The translations under genes were made by a program, and so were the position numbers. Below the pieces are notes generated by a model. It did not search any database, was not told where the DNA came from, and was given only the letters and a program-made list of their open reading frames with translations. From an uncultured Gammaproteobacteria bacterium (GTDB lineage: Bacteria > Pseudomonadota > Gammaproteobacteria > Pseudomonadales > Azotimanducaceae), in contig CAJXAC010000003.1 of assembly GCA_913050035.1 (NCBI GenBank), forward strand, positions 399-64,398: 64,000 nt of DNA, read 5' to 3'. Below, in pieces: positions 46,273-56,359 of the stretch (positions are counted from its first letter, which is position 1; the number at the start of each line of letters is the position of its first letter).

Positions 46273-49200
46273 TCAGGCTGCCGCCTCTTGCTGTGGCGTC
46301 AAGCGTTCCAGCAGTTCATGTGCGAATGCTAGGCGTTGCTCAAAGGTCTCAAGGGCACATTGAATGCGCAGGGTCGAGGAGCCTTCGAGCCGGAACGTAT
46401 GGCTTTCTTGCTGGACCAAATTGACGATCATCAACGGCTCGACGCGAGTAGTTTTACTGAATTCTAGTTTGCCGCGCTCTTCTCCAAGATCCAATTTCAC
46501 AATACCAAGTGATTGTGCTAACAATTTGACTTGGGTGACGCTGAATAGCTGTTTCAGCTGGCTGGGTAGTAGGCCAAAGCGGTCGATGATTTCAACTTGT
46601 AACGCGTCCAGCGCAGCGCTGTCTTTGGCGCTGGCGATACGCTTATACAAAATCAGCCGAGCCTGCACATCTGGTAGGTAGTCGTCTGGGATCAGGGTCG
46701 GCGCATGCAAATTGACCTCCTGATTCACTGGTTCGAGTGGACTGTCCAGGTCGGGTATTTTTCCAGAGCGTAATGCTTCCACAGCCTGATTAAGCATCTC
46801 CATGTACAACGAGAACCCAATAGACTCAATTTGTCCAGATTGATCGTCGCCCAGTAGTTCTCCGGCGCCACGTATTTCCATATCGTGGGTTGCCAGAGTG
46901 AAGCCGACACCAAGATCGCCAGCGGCCTCGATTGCGTCAAGACGCTTTACTGCATCGGCACTTAAACTCCGTGGTTCTGGAGTTAGCAGATATGCATATG
47001 CTTGGCGGTGGCTGCGGCCCACCCGGCCACGCAACTGATGTAGTTGAGCGAGGCCGAATTTATCTGCCCGCTCGATGATTATGGTGTTGGCGTTGGGAAT
47101 GTCTAAGCCTGTTTCGATAATGGTGGTGCAGACTAAAACATTAAGTCGCCGGTGATAAAAGTCATTCATCACCTGCTCTAACTCTAGTTTTTTCATCTGA
47201 CCATGGCCGATACCGATGCGCGCCTCAGGCACCAAGTCGCGCAAAGTTTGGGCGGCCTGCTCGATGCTGCGAACTTCGTTGTGCAGGAAAAACACCTGAC
47301 CACCGCGCATCAATTCGCGACTGATTGCTTCACGCACGCTTTGCTCGCGCCGCTGTTGAACAAAGGTTTTTATGGACAGACGCTTCGCTGGCGGGGTGGC
47401 TATTATCGACAGATCACGAATACCACTCAGCGACATATTTAAAGTTCTTGGTATTGGTGTAGCGGTCAGGGTCATAACATCAACTTCCGCACGCAGAGCG
47501 CGCAGGCGTTCTTTTTGTCGTACCCCGAAGCGGTGCTCCTCATCGATAATTACCAGGCCGAGATCCTTAAAGCCAAAGTCTGTGCCCAGTACCTTATGGG
47601 TACCAATAACGATGTCGGCCTGACCGTTGCGGCAGCGCTCGGCGACAGCTAGATTCTCTGCATTGCTGCGCAAGCGACTAACGGCTTCTATGGTCACAGG
47701 CCACTGTGCGAAACGGTCGCGGAAGGAGTCGAAGTGCTGCTGTGCGAGCAGCGTGGTAGGCACCAGAATGACTACTTGTTTATTACTCTGTACTGCGACA
47801 AACGCAGCACGCATGGCGACCTCTGTTTTACCAAAGCCGACGTCCCCACAGACCAAGCGATCCATGGCGCGCTCTGCTGCTAGGTCGTGCAGTGTGGCGT
47901 CAATTGCCGTTTGTTGGTCTGGTGTGACCTCAAACGGGAATTCGGCTGCGAATCTCGCGTACTCCGCCGCCTCGGCCGCTAACTGATGGGAGAGTTTCAG
48001 TTCCCGTCGCGCGTAGATGTCGAGTAGTTCTGCCGCGACGTCGATGACCTTTTCTGCTGCTCGGCGTTTCGCGCGCTCCCACTGATCGGAGCCAAGCCGA
48101 TGCAGTGGTGCAAGCTCCTCCTCGGCGCCGGCATATCGCCCAATTAAATGCAGTGATGTGACGGGCACATAAAGCTTGGCACCGCCCGCATAGCTGAGCG
48201 TCAGAAATTCTTGCGGCGCGTCATCAATGTCTAAAGTATCTAGACCAAGGTATCGACCCACTCCGTGCTGCGTATGCACAACCGGCGCGCCGATGCTTAG
48301 TTCGGTCAAATTGCGCACTATTTGGTCGGTATCAATTACCGCGGCAGACTCTGTCGTTTTCGAGCTCTGTCGGGCACCCAGCACTTCTGTTTCTGTGACG
48401 ATAAGTGCGTGATCTGACCACAGACCCTCGGCCAGAGGCCCAACGGTGATGTAATGCTCCTGATGATTGGCTTTTTTATAGTCCTGAAAACTTTCCAATG
48501 GTTTGGCATGTATCCCGGCTTTACGCAGCATTTCGTCAAAAATTTCGCGTCGTCCGGCGGTTTCTGCGACAAACAAGGCGGGTAAGGACTGGTCATTTAA
48601 AAAGTTGATTAGTGCGCTTGCGGGCTGTGCAAGCCGCGGATTGGCATGCAGATCCGGAAAGTCGTTGCCGTTAAAAACCCGTTCGTGTTTGTGCGGGGTT
48701 GAACTAATAGATATGCGGCGATACTGGGCAAGGTGATGGCGCAGTGTCTGCTCATCAAGATAGAGCGCTTTAGGATCTAAAATAGGCCGCTCAACATCGT
48801 GGCGTAATGACTCGTACCGGGCAGACACTTCTGCGAGATATTGCTCGCATGCCTCCATTACACCATCTTCCACTACAAATAGCGTGTTTTCGGGTAGGTA
48901 ATCGAAGAGTGTTGCCATCTGGTCAAAGAAAAACGGTAAATAGTATTCGATGCCGTTGGGTGCAATGTAGCTTGAGACGTCCTGATAAATACTGCAGCGG
49001 CGTACATCAACGTTAAACGCGTTATGCCATTGATCGCGGAAGTGGGCGATGGCTGCATCGTCGAAGGGAAACTCTTTGCCGGGTAGGATTTTTAGTTCAT
49101 TGATCTGCGCTACGCTGAGCTGTGAGTCTGGATCGAATGTGCGCAAGGTGTCGATTTCTTCGTCGAACAGATCAATGCGGACCGGTAACTCGGCGCCCAT

Positions 49201-49770
49201 GGGAAAGATATCCATGACGGCACCGCGCACGGCGTATTGACCGCGCTCAGTTACCGTATCTGTTGCTTGGTAGCCGGCTGCTTCAAGTCGCAAGCGCTGG
49301 GATTCAGTGTCGAATATTTGTCCGCGCTTGAGGTCGAAGCAGGCCCCATCGAGAAAGCTTGTAGGTGCAATTTTTTGTACCAGCGTCGGCGCTGGGACAA
49401 TCAGTAGCCCTTGTTGTTGGTTGCGCAGATGCTGTAGGCACGCCAGACGCTCTGAAGTGATGTCCTGATGGGGTGAGAACGCGTCATAGGGTAGGGTTTC
49501 CCAATCTGGGAACCTTAAGATTTGATGCGGCTCTGTAGACGACTGAAAAAAGCGAATCCCGGATGCCCATTCTTCTGTGCTGGCAGGCTCGGCCGTTACG
49601 AGGACGATCATTTGTGGTGTCAGCGCGGACGTTTGCTGGCGCAGATGGGTTGAGAACTCGCTGAGCGCCAACAAGTGGGCGCTACCGTTAAGGCCGCGCC
49701 AGGTGAGTTGTTCGCCAGCGCGTTGAGGCAGCAAGTCCTCAGCTGTCGTTGGTAAAATCAGGTGGGTCAC
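46273..49770 (-). CDS. mfd: transcription-repair coupling factor
   Basis: 1165 aa. Helicase motifs LVCGDVGFGKTEVA, DEEHRFGV, TATPIPRT and QLHQLRGRVGR. UvrB-homology N-domain and a TRG motif region. Confidence 0.95.
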   Translation of the reverse strand: MTHLILPTTAEDLLPQRAGEQLTWRGLNGSAHLLALSEFSTHLRQQTSALTPQMIVLVTAEPASTEEWASGIRFFQSSTEPHQILRFPDWETLPYDAFSPHQDITSERLACLQHLRNQQQGLLIVPAPTLVQKIAPTSFLDGACFDLKRGQIFDTESQRLRLEAAGYQATDTVTERGQYAVRGAVMDIFPMGAELPVRIDLFDEEIDTLRTFDPDSQLSVAQINELKILPGKEFPFDDAAIAHFRDQWHNAFNVDVRRCSIYQDVSSYIAPNGIEYYLPFFFDQMATLFDYLPENTLFVVEDGVMEACEQYLAEVSARYESLRHDVERPILDPKALYLDEQTLRHHLAQYRRISISSTPHKHERVFNGNDFPDLHANPRLAQPASALINFLNDQSLPALFVAETAGRREIFDEMLRKAGIHAKPLESFQDYKKANHQEHYITVGPLAEGLWSDHALIVTETEVLGARQSSKTTESAAVIDTDQIVRNLTELSIGAPVVHTQHGVGRYLGLDTLDIDDAPQEFLTLSYAGGAKLYVPVTSLHLIGRYAGAEEELAPLHRLGSDQWERAKRRAAEKVIDVAAELLDIYARRELKLSHQLAAEAAEYARFAAEFPFEVTPDQQTAIDATLHDLAAERAMDRLVCGDVGFGKTEVAMRAAFVAVQSNKQVVILVPTTLLAQQHFDSFRDRFAQWPVTIEAVSRLRSNAENLAVAERCRNGQADIVIGTHKVLGTDFGFKDLGLVIIDEEHRFGVRQKERLRALRAEVDVMTLTATPIPRTLNMSLSGIRDLSIIATPPAKRLSIKTFVQQRREQSVREAISRELMRGGQVFFLHNEVRSIEQAAQTLRDLVPEARIGIGHGQMKKLELEQVMNDFYHRRLNVLVCTTIIETGLDIPNANTIIIERADKFGLAQLHQLRGRVGRSHRQAYAYLLTPEPRSLSADAVKRLDAIEAAGDLGVGFTLATHDMEIRGAGELLGDDQSGQIESIGFSLYMEMLNQAVEALRSGKIPDLDSPLEPVNQEVNLHAPTLIPDDYLPDVQARLILYKRIASAKDSAALDALQVEIIDRFGLLPSQLKQLFSVTQVKLLAQSLGIVKLDLGEERGKLEFSKTTRVEPLMIVNLVQQESHTFRLEGSSTLRIQCALETFEQRLAFAHELLERLTPQQEAAA

Positions 49771-50035
49771 GTTATGAAATGTCGGTACATAAACCCGCTA
49801 GTTTACCTGCATTGAACGCTGCGCGGGCTGCTATCGACGGGAAAATTTGCCAGTCCAAGAGCCGGTGCGGTGCTGCCTTTCTGTAGAGCGGGTTTTGCTG
49901 CTCAAGCCACGGCGAGTACTGGCGTTAATGCAACCCCTAAGCTAAAGTTGGGCCAGATTGCGGCGATGGGCGCCGCTTTTCAATGAGGGGTATCAAGCGC
50001 TCTGGTCGTACTGCAAGGCCGGCGTAAAAAATCAT

Positions 50036-51820
50036 ATGCAATCCACAAATGTTGATGATCCTAACTACTTCCACAAGGTTGTAGATTGTCAGTGGGCGTG
50101 CCCAGCGCATACGCCCGTTCCTGAATATATTCGCTTAATTGCTGAGGAACGCTACACCGAAGCGTACATGCTGAATTGGGATTCCAATGTATTCCCGGGT
50201 GTACTCGGGCGTACCTGCGATCGTCCCTGTGAGCCGGCCTGTAGGCGCGTACGCACTGAAGAAAAGCCGGTCGCGATTTGTCGCCTGAAACGTGTCGCTG
50301 CCGACAATAAAGGGGATGTCAGCGCATATATGCCAGCGGTGCCCACAGCGAAAAATGGCAAGCGGATTGCGCTGATCGGCGCTGGCCCGGCATCCCTGGC
50401 GGTTGCTCGGGATTTATTGCCGTTTGGGTACGAGGTGCACTTATTCGAGAAGGATGCGAAAGGTGGTGGCTTTATGCGTTCGCAGATCCCCGCATTTCGG
50501 TTGCCAGAAGAGGTCCTTGATGAAGAGGTTGAGCGCATTTTAGATATGGGCGTTGTCTGCCATTTCGGTGAGGAAATCGGCAGTATGAAAACGCTTATGG
50601 AGCAGGACTTCGATGCCTACTTTGTCGGCACAGGGGCACCCCGTGGTCGCGATTTAGAGCTATTGGGTCGGCAAGAGGTTGATGACTATATTCATATCGG
50701 CATTGATTGGTTGTCCAGTGTGGCGTTTGGGCACATAACCGAAATCAGCGGCAAGGTGATAGTGATGGGCGGTGGTAACACCGCGATGGACTGTTGCCGA
50801 ACATCGCTGCGCCTGGGCGCAGAATCGGTCAAAGTTGTGGTGCGCTCAGCATTTGAGGTGATGAAGGCTTCGGAGTGGGAAAAAGAAGACGCGATGCGTG
50901 AAGGCATTCCGATCATCAACAACCGCCCACCAAAAGAATTTGTGCATGAAAATGGCAAGCTAAAAGGCGTGTTATTCGAGTGCGTCGAGCCAGTGCGGGG
51001 CGAGGATGGTCGTTTACGTTACGAACCGACGGGCGAGCCTGATGAGTTCATTGAGGCTGATCATGTCCTTATGGCGATTGGGCAGGATAATCATTGCCCA
51101 TGGATTGAGCGCGATTTGGGGATTGAGTTCGACAAGTGGGATTGTCCGGTACTGGATGAGGTCACGTTGCAATCAGATAACCCCAAAGTATTTTTTGGTG
51201 GTGATAGTGCATTTGGACCGGAGAATATCATTTGGGCCTCGGCCCATGCTCATCGGGCCGCAATAAGTATTCACTTGCTCTGTCAGGGTAAGGATCTGAA
51301 AGCCGATCGGCCACCCGAGGGTGTTAACTTATTATCGACCAAGATGGGCGTGCATGAGTGGGCTTATGACGCCGAACATGACGCATCGGCGCGAAATCTG
51401 GTGCCCTTGGTCGAGCACACTACGGCGCTGACCAATATCAAAGTTGAGGTTGAGCTCGGATTCGATGAGGCACTGGCCGCTCAGGAAGCGCAGCGCTGTC
51501 TCAACTGTGATGTGCAGACGGTGTTTGCGGAAAAGCTCTGTATCGAATGCGATGCATGTGTCGACATTTGTCCAATGGATTGCATCTCATTTGTTACCAA
51601 CGACGAAGAGCCGGCGTTGCGTCAGACCCTCACGGCCCCTGCCATGAATACAGAGCAAGCACTCTATGTATCTACTGATCTGCCAACCGGGCGGGTTATG
51701 GTGAAGGACGAAGACGTCTGTTTGCATTGTGGACTTTGTGCCGAGCGATGCCCAACAAACGCCTGGGATATGCAACGCTCTGTAGTGCATGTTCCGCAAT
51801 TGGGTTCGTTCGCATCATGA
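50036..51820 (+). CDS. GltD-like NAD(P)H flavoprotein fused to a 2x[4Fe-4S] ferredoxin domain (KorC-like)
   Basis: N-terminal Cys clusters (CQWACPAHTP, CDRPCEPAC), two dinucleotide folds (IALIGAGPASLAVA, VIVMGGGNTAMD), and C-terminal CLNCD...CIECDACVDICP and CLHCGLCAERCP. ATG at 50036. Confidence 0.75.
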   Translation: MQSTNVDDPNYFHKVVDCQWACPAHTPVPEYIRLIAEERYTEAYMLNWDSNVFPGVLGRTCDRPCEPACRRVRTEEKPVAICRLKRVAADNKGDVSAYMPAVPTAKNGKRIALIGAGPASLAVARDLLPFGYEVHLFEKDAKGGGFMRSQIPAFRLPEEVLDEEVERILDMGVVCHFGEEIGSMKTLMEQDFDAYFVGTGAPRGRDLELLGRQEVDDYIHIGIDWLSSVAFGHITEISGKVIVMGGGNTAMDCCRTSLRLGAESVKVVVRSAFEVMKASEWEKEDAMREGIPIINNRPPKEFVHENGKLKGVLFECVEPVRGEDGRLRYEPTGEPDEFIEADHVLMAIGQDNHCPWIERDLGIEFDKWDCPVLDEVTLQSDNPKVFFGGDSAFGPENIIWASAHAHRAAISIHLLCQGKDLKADRPPEGVNLLSTKMGVHEWAYDAEHDASARNLVPLVEHTTALTNIKVEVELGFDEALAAQEAQRCLNCDVQTVFAEKLCIECDACVDICPMDCISFVTNDEEPALRQTLTAPAMNTEQALYVSTDLPTGRVMVKDEDVCLHCGLCAERCPTNAWDMQRSVVHVPQLGSFAS

Positions 51821-53655
51821 GTGGAAAAATGCAAGTAAAGTACAACGATTTCGTAATTCGCTTCGCCAATGTGAACGGCTCCGGTTCAGCTAGCGCTAAC
51901 GGTATGTTCGCTAAAGCATTGTTTCGTATGGGTATTCCAGTTGCGACTCGGAATATTTTTCCGTCCAACATTCAGGGATTGCCAACGTGGTTTGAGGTAC
52001 GAGTCAGCGAGCAGGGCTACCTCGGACGGCGCGAGGGTGTGGACATCATGGTGGCCATGAATGCGGAGACTTTAGTTGAAGATGTTGCCAGCGTGTCGCC
52101 TGGTGGCTACCTGCTATACGACAATTCGAAGCCCTTGGCTAAAACCTTGCGCCGAGATGATGTCAATGAGATTGGTATTCCAATAGCGACCATGATGCTG
52201 CCAGAGTTTGCTGACCCGAAACAACGCAGCCTATTCAAGAACATCACATATTTGGGCGCTTTAGCCGGATTGCTGAATATTGAATTTGATGTGATCACCG
52301 GCATGGTGGCTACGCAATATAAAGGCAAAGATGCGCTTATCGCACCGAATATCCACGCCTTAGAGCTAGGGCGAAATTACGCTTTGCAGTACTTACAGGC
52401 ACCATTGCCGTTGCAAGTCAGGCGCTCTGATGCCGTTGGCGATCGTATTATGATGGACGGAAATGATGCCGCGGGACTCGGCGCCGTCTATGGCGGTGCT
52501 ACTGTCTGTGCTTGGTATCCTATTACTCCGTCTACGTCGGTGGCCGAAAGTTTTGAAAACCATGCGAATCGACTGCGTGTTGATGAAACCAGTGGTAAGA
52601 AGAAATTTGCCATCATTCAGGTAGAAGACGAGTTGGCGGCCATTGGTGTGGTGATTGGAGCGGCGTGGAATGGAGCCCGTGCTTTCACAGCTACAAGCGG
52701 CCCGGGTATTTCACTTATGTCTGAGTTTTTGGGTCTGGCCTATTTTGCTGAGATCCCGGCCGTGGTTTGGGATATTCAGCGTTCTGGCCCGTCTACCGGC
52801 ATGCCTACGCGTACCCAACAAGGTGATTTGATTGGTGCTGCATATGCGTCTCATGGTGATACCAAGCACCCGTTACTTTTTCCAGCAACGCCAAAAGAGT
52901 GTTTTGACTTTGCCACAGCTGCTTTGGATCTTGCGGATCGTGCGCAGACGCCCATTCTGGTCATGAGTGATCTAGAGCTGGGAATGAACGACAACCTAAG
53001 CGAACCACTGCAGTGGGATGACGCTGTTCGTTATGATCGCGGTAAAGTGCTCGATAGTGAGGCGCTAGAAAACAGTGAAGTATTCGGCCGTTATCTGGAT
53101 GTGGACGGCGATGGAATTGGCTACAGAACGCTGCCAGGGACCCATCCTGATAAGGGTGCGTTCTTTACCCGCGGTACTTCCCGAGATGAATTCGCCGCCT
53201 ATACCGAGTCGCCGGAAGCTTATGAACGCAACATGCAGCGTTTGGAGCTAAAGTGGCAGACCATCCGCGGCTTGGTGCCTGCTGCAGAAATCGACGATCA
53301 AAAGCGCCGAGTGGGTGTGTTGTTCTTCGGCACCACTGCACTGCCGATGCCAGAAGCATTAGATCTCTTGCACGCAGACGGAATAGCCCTAGACAGCTGC
53401 CGTGTCCGTGCATTCCCATTTGGTGCGGAGGTGGAAGCGTTTGTGCAAGAGCATGATTTGATATTCGTTGTAGAACAGAATCGTGATGCTCAGATGCGTA
53501 CGTTATTGATTAACGAATTGCAGACGGCGCCAGCCAAACTCGTACCTGTCCTCTACTATGCGGGTCTGTCTATATCGGCGGACACGATTCATCAGCAGAT
53601 CAATGAATACTTTACCGCCAACAAGTTATCTCGAATCTCGGAGGTGCAATCATGA
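51817..53655 (+). CDS. korA: 2-oxoacid:acceptor oxidoreductase, alpha subunit
   Basis: The ATG overlaps the upstream stop (ATGA). FANVNGSGSASAN and YPITPST motifs typical of KorA/OFOR alpha. Confidence 0.85.
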   Translation: MSGKMQVKYNDFVIRFANVNGSGSASANGMFAKALFRMGIPVATRNIFPSNIQGLPTWFEVRVSEQGYLGRREGVDIMVAMNAETLVEDVASVSPGGYLLYDNSKPLAKTLRRDDVNEIGIPIATMMLPEFADPKQRSLFKNITYLGALAGLLNIEFDVITGMVATQYKGKDALIAPNIHALELGRNYALQYLQAPLPLQVRRSDAVGDRIMMDGNDAAGLGAVYGGATVCAWYPITPSTSVAESFENHANRLRVDETSGKKKFAIIQVEDELAAIGVVIGAAWNGARAFTATSGPGISLMSEFLGLAYFAEIPAVVWDIQRSGPSTGMPTRTQQGDLIGAAYASHGDTKHPLLFPATPKECFDFATAALDLADRAQTPILVMSDLELGMNDNLSEPLQWDDAVRYDRGKVLDSEALENSEVFGRYLDVDGDGIGYRTLPGTHPDKGAFFTRGTSRDEFAAYTESPEAYERNMQRLELKWQTIRGLVPAAEIDDQKRRVGVLFFGTTALPMPEALDLLHADGIALDSCRVRAFPFGAEVEAFVQEHDLIFVVEQNRDAQMRTLLINELQTAPAKLVPVLYYAGLSISADTIHQQINEYFTANKLSRISEVQS

Positions 53656-54707
53656 CTTTTGTGGCAAAGCCAAAAGTTCACCACCCAAATCTGCCCCTAA
53701 ACGAGCTTGGACTGACACGGCGCGACTATGAGGGCTCGGTCTCGACACTGTGCGCAGGCTGTGGTCATGACTCTGTAAGCGCTGCAATCGTGCAGGCTTG
53801 TGCGGAATTATCGTTGCCGCCACATCGGTTTGCGAAAGTTTCAGGTATCGGCTGTTCTTCCAAAACACCGAGCTATTTTTTGAATAAGAGCCATGGCTTC
53901 AACTCTGTGCATGGGCGCATGCCCAGCGTTATGACGGGCGCTAATTTGGCCAATCGAGAATTGCTGGGTATTGGCGTATCTGGTGACGGCGACAGTGCAT
54001 CCATAGGATTGGGGCAATTTGCACATATCGTGCGGCGGCGTATCAATATGCTGTACTTGGTTGATAACAACGGCACCTACGGTTTAACCAAGGGTCAGTT
54101 TTCTGCGACCAATGACAAAGGCTCAACCAGTAAGAAAGGTGCTCCCAATCTCTATGAGCCAATCGATCTGGTCAGCATGGCCCTGCAAATTGGCGCAACA
54201 TTTGTTGCACGCAGTTTTTCCGGTGATAAAACGCAATTGGTTCCGCTGATAAAGGCGGCGCTAAAACACAAGGGGATGGCGTTTATTGATGTGATCTCTC
54301 CATGTGTAGCGTTCAACAACCATAATGGTTCGACCAAGAGCTATGAGTTCGTTCGTGAGCACACTCAAGAACTGGTAAATGCGGATCTAATCATGACTCA
54401 TCCCGAGGTCACTGTAGACTATGCGGAAGGCAGCCGCGAGGATGTGTCGATGCCGGACGGCAGCACTCTGCGCCTGCATAAACTAGATGCGGATTATGAT
54501 GCCCATGATCGGGTGGGCGCGTTGAACTATGTGCAGCGCTCCCAGGAGCAGGGCGAAGTCGTTACTGGTTTGCTCTATGTCGATCCTGACCCGGTGGAAT
54601 GTCATGACATCATGGACACTGTGGACCAGCCGTTAAATGAGTTGAACGAGGCCCAGTTGTGTCCGGGCAGTGCGGCCCTTGCCGACATAAATGCCAGTTA
54701 CCGCTAG
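53652..54707 (+). CDS. korB: 2-oxoacid:ferredoxin oxidoreductase, beta subunit (TPP-binding)
   Basis: ATGA overlap with korA. CAGCGH Cys motif, GIGCSS, and GDGDSASIG...DNNGTYGLTKGQ TPP motif. Confidence 0.85.
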   Translation: MTFVAKPKVHHPNLPLNELGLTRRDYEGSVSTLCAGCGHDSVSAAIVQACAELSLPPHRFAKVSGIGCSSKTPSYFLNKSHGFNSVHGRMPSVMTGANLANRELLGIGVSGDGDSASIGLGQFAHIVRRRINMLYLVDNNGTYGLTKGQFSATNDKGSTSKKGAPNLYEPIDLVSMALQIGATFVARSFSGDKTQLVPLIKAALKHKGMAFIDVISPCVAFNNHNGSTKSYEFVREHTQELVNADLIMTHPEVTVDYAEGSREDVSMPDGSTLRLHKLDADYDAHDRVGALNYVQRSQEQGEVVTGLLYVDPDPVECHDIMDTVDQPLNELNEAQLCPGSAALADINASYR

Positions 54708-54782
54708 GCTACTGATCTAGGTAGACAGCCATGAGCTGTTACAGAGGTGCCGGGAACAGATAGGGATTTCTTAATTTCGCTG

Positions 54783-54810
54783 TTGCCCACTGGTCGGTAA
54801 TTCCTATAAT
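54783..54810 (+). promoter_or_regulatory. sigma-70-like promoter upstream of gap
   Basis: TTGCCC at 54783-54788, a 16-nt spacer, and a perfect TATAAT at 54805-54810, about 70 nt before the GTG start at 54881. Confidence 0.4.
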
Positions 54811-54880
54811 GGCGCCGCATTTGCAACGGTGAGCCGGTGCGCTCAGCTGTAACAACGCTACGATCGAAAGAGGAAACGCT

Positions 54881-56350
54881 GTGGCATTACCCAGTCTTGA
54901 TGATTACTTCCCCGATTGGAAAGAACGAGAAGCGCTTGCTGAAGCAATGATCCCGTTGATCGGGAAGTTGTACCGGAAGAACGTCGTGGTTTACTGCTAC
55001 GGTCGTGCGCTCTACAACCAAAGCGTGACCCAGTTGATGAAAGCCCACCGCTATGTCCGCCAGCTTGCGCAGAATGAATTATCGGAATTTGAAACCTACC
55101 CCATCTTAGTGGCGATGAGCGAGCTTGATCTTGGGCCTTGTCATGTCGATGTGGGCAAAATGGCCTCCACGCTAATCGAAAGATCGATCAAAGATGAGGC
55201 TGAAATTAAGCAATATGTGCAGGAGCAATGTGCCAAGGTCGTTGGTGTCACAACGCCGCCGTTAGCGGCGCCCCAAGACATTGTGTTATTCGGCTTTGGC
55301 CGCATTGGGCGGCTGTTAGCGCGTCTGTTGATCGAGAAGACCGGTGGTGGCACCCAGTTGCGACTGCGCGCTATTGTTGTGCGGCGAAGTGGCGCTAACG
55401 ATCTTGCGAAACGGGCGGGCTTGCTGCGCCGTGACTCAGTGCACGGAAGTTTCCAAGGCACCCTCCGGGTAGACGAAGAAAACGAATGCATTATCGCTAA
55501 CGGCAATGTTATTCGGGTGATCTATGCGGACGGGCCCGACAAAGTCGACTATACGTCCTACGGCATAAACAATGCCATCATCATAGACAATACCGGTGCC
55601 TGGAGTGATGAAGAGGGTCTATCGCAACACCTCAAGTCCAAGGGCGCTGCCCGGGTAATTCTTACGGCACCAGGCAAGGGTGGCATAAAAAATATCGTCG
55701 CAGGTATTAACCATAGCGATATTGAGCCAGAAGATGCTGTGCTGGCGGCGGCCAGTTGCACCACTAATGCGATCGTGCCGGTGTTGAAAGCGGTCAACGA
55801 CCGCTTTGGTATTGTCAACGGGCATATGGAAACCGTGCATGCCTATACTAATGATCAAAATTTGATCGATAACTTCCATAAGAAGAACCGTCGCGGTCGT
55901 GGCGCGCCGCTCAATATGGTGATTACTGAAACTGGTGCATCTTCTGCGGTAACCAAGCTATTACCAGAGTTGGATGGCAAGCTCACCGGCAACGCCATTC
56001 GCGTACCGACGCCAAATGTTTCCCTAGTGATATTGAATTTGACTCTGGATGAAGCAACAAGCCAAGAAGATATGAAGGAGTTCCTTCGTACCTCGGCGTT
56101 GTATGGCAAATTGCAACGACAGATAGATTTCACTACTTCGCCGGATATTGTCTCTTCAGATTTAGTCGGTAACCGGCATGCTTGTATTGTCGATGGCGAA
56201 GCCATTATCGCTAAAGACAATCGGGTCGTGCTCTATGTTTGGTACGACAACGAGTTCGGGTATTCATGCCAAGTTGTGCGTGTGGTGCAAAAGATGGCTG
56301 GGATCTCGTATCCGTTGATTCCAGAAAATGCCGAAGATATGGGGTTTTAG
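54881..56350 (+). CDS. gap: glyceraldehyde-3-phosphate dehydrogenase, long form with an approximately 130-aa N-terminal extension
   Basis: FGFGRIGRLL NAD fold begins near aa 137. Catalytic ASCTTNA and WYDNEFGY. GTG start preceded by AAGAGGAA. Confidence 0.9.
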   Translation: MALPSLDDYFPDWKEREALAEAMIPLIGKLYRKNVVVYCYGRALYNQSVTQLMKAHRYVRQLAQNELSEFETYPILVAMSELDLGPCHVDVGKMASTLIERSIKDEAEIKQYVQEQCAKVVGVTTPPLAAPQDIVLFGFGRIGRLLARLLIEKTGGGTQLRLRAIVVRRSGANDLAKRAGLLRRDSVHGSFQGTLRVDEENECIIANGNVIRVIYADGPDKVDYTSYGINNAIIIDNTGAWSDEEGLSQHLKSKGAARVILTAPGKGGIKNIVAGINHSDIEPEDAVLAAASCTTNAIVPVLKAVNDRFGIVNGHMETVHAYTNDQNLIDNFHKKNRRGRGAPLNMVITETGASSAVTKLLPELDGKLTGNAIRVPTPNVSLVILNLTLDEATSQEDMKEFLRTSALYGKLQRQIDFTTSPDIVSSDLVGNRHACIVDGEAIIAKDNRVVLYVWYDNEFGYSCQVVRVVQKMAGISYPLIPENAEDMGF

Positions 56351-56359
56351 TCGCTTCTT

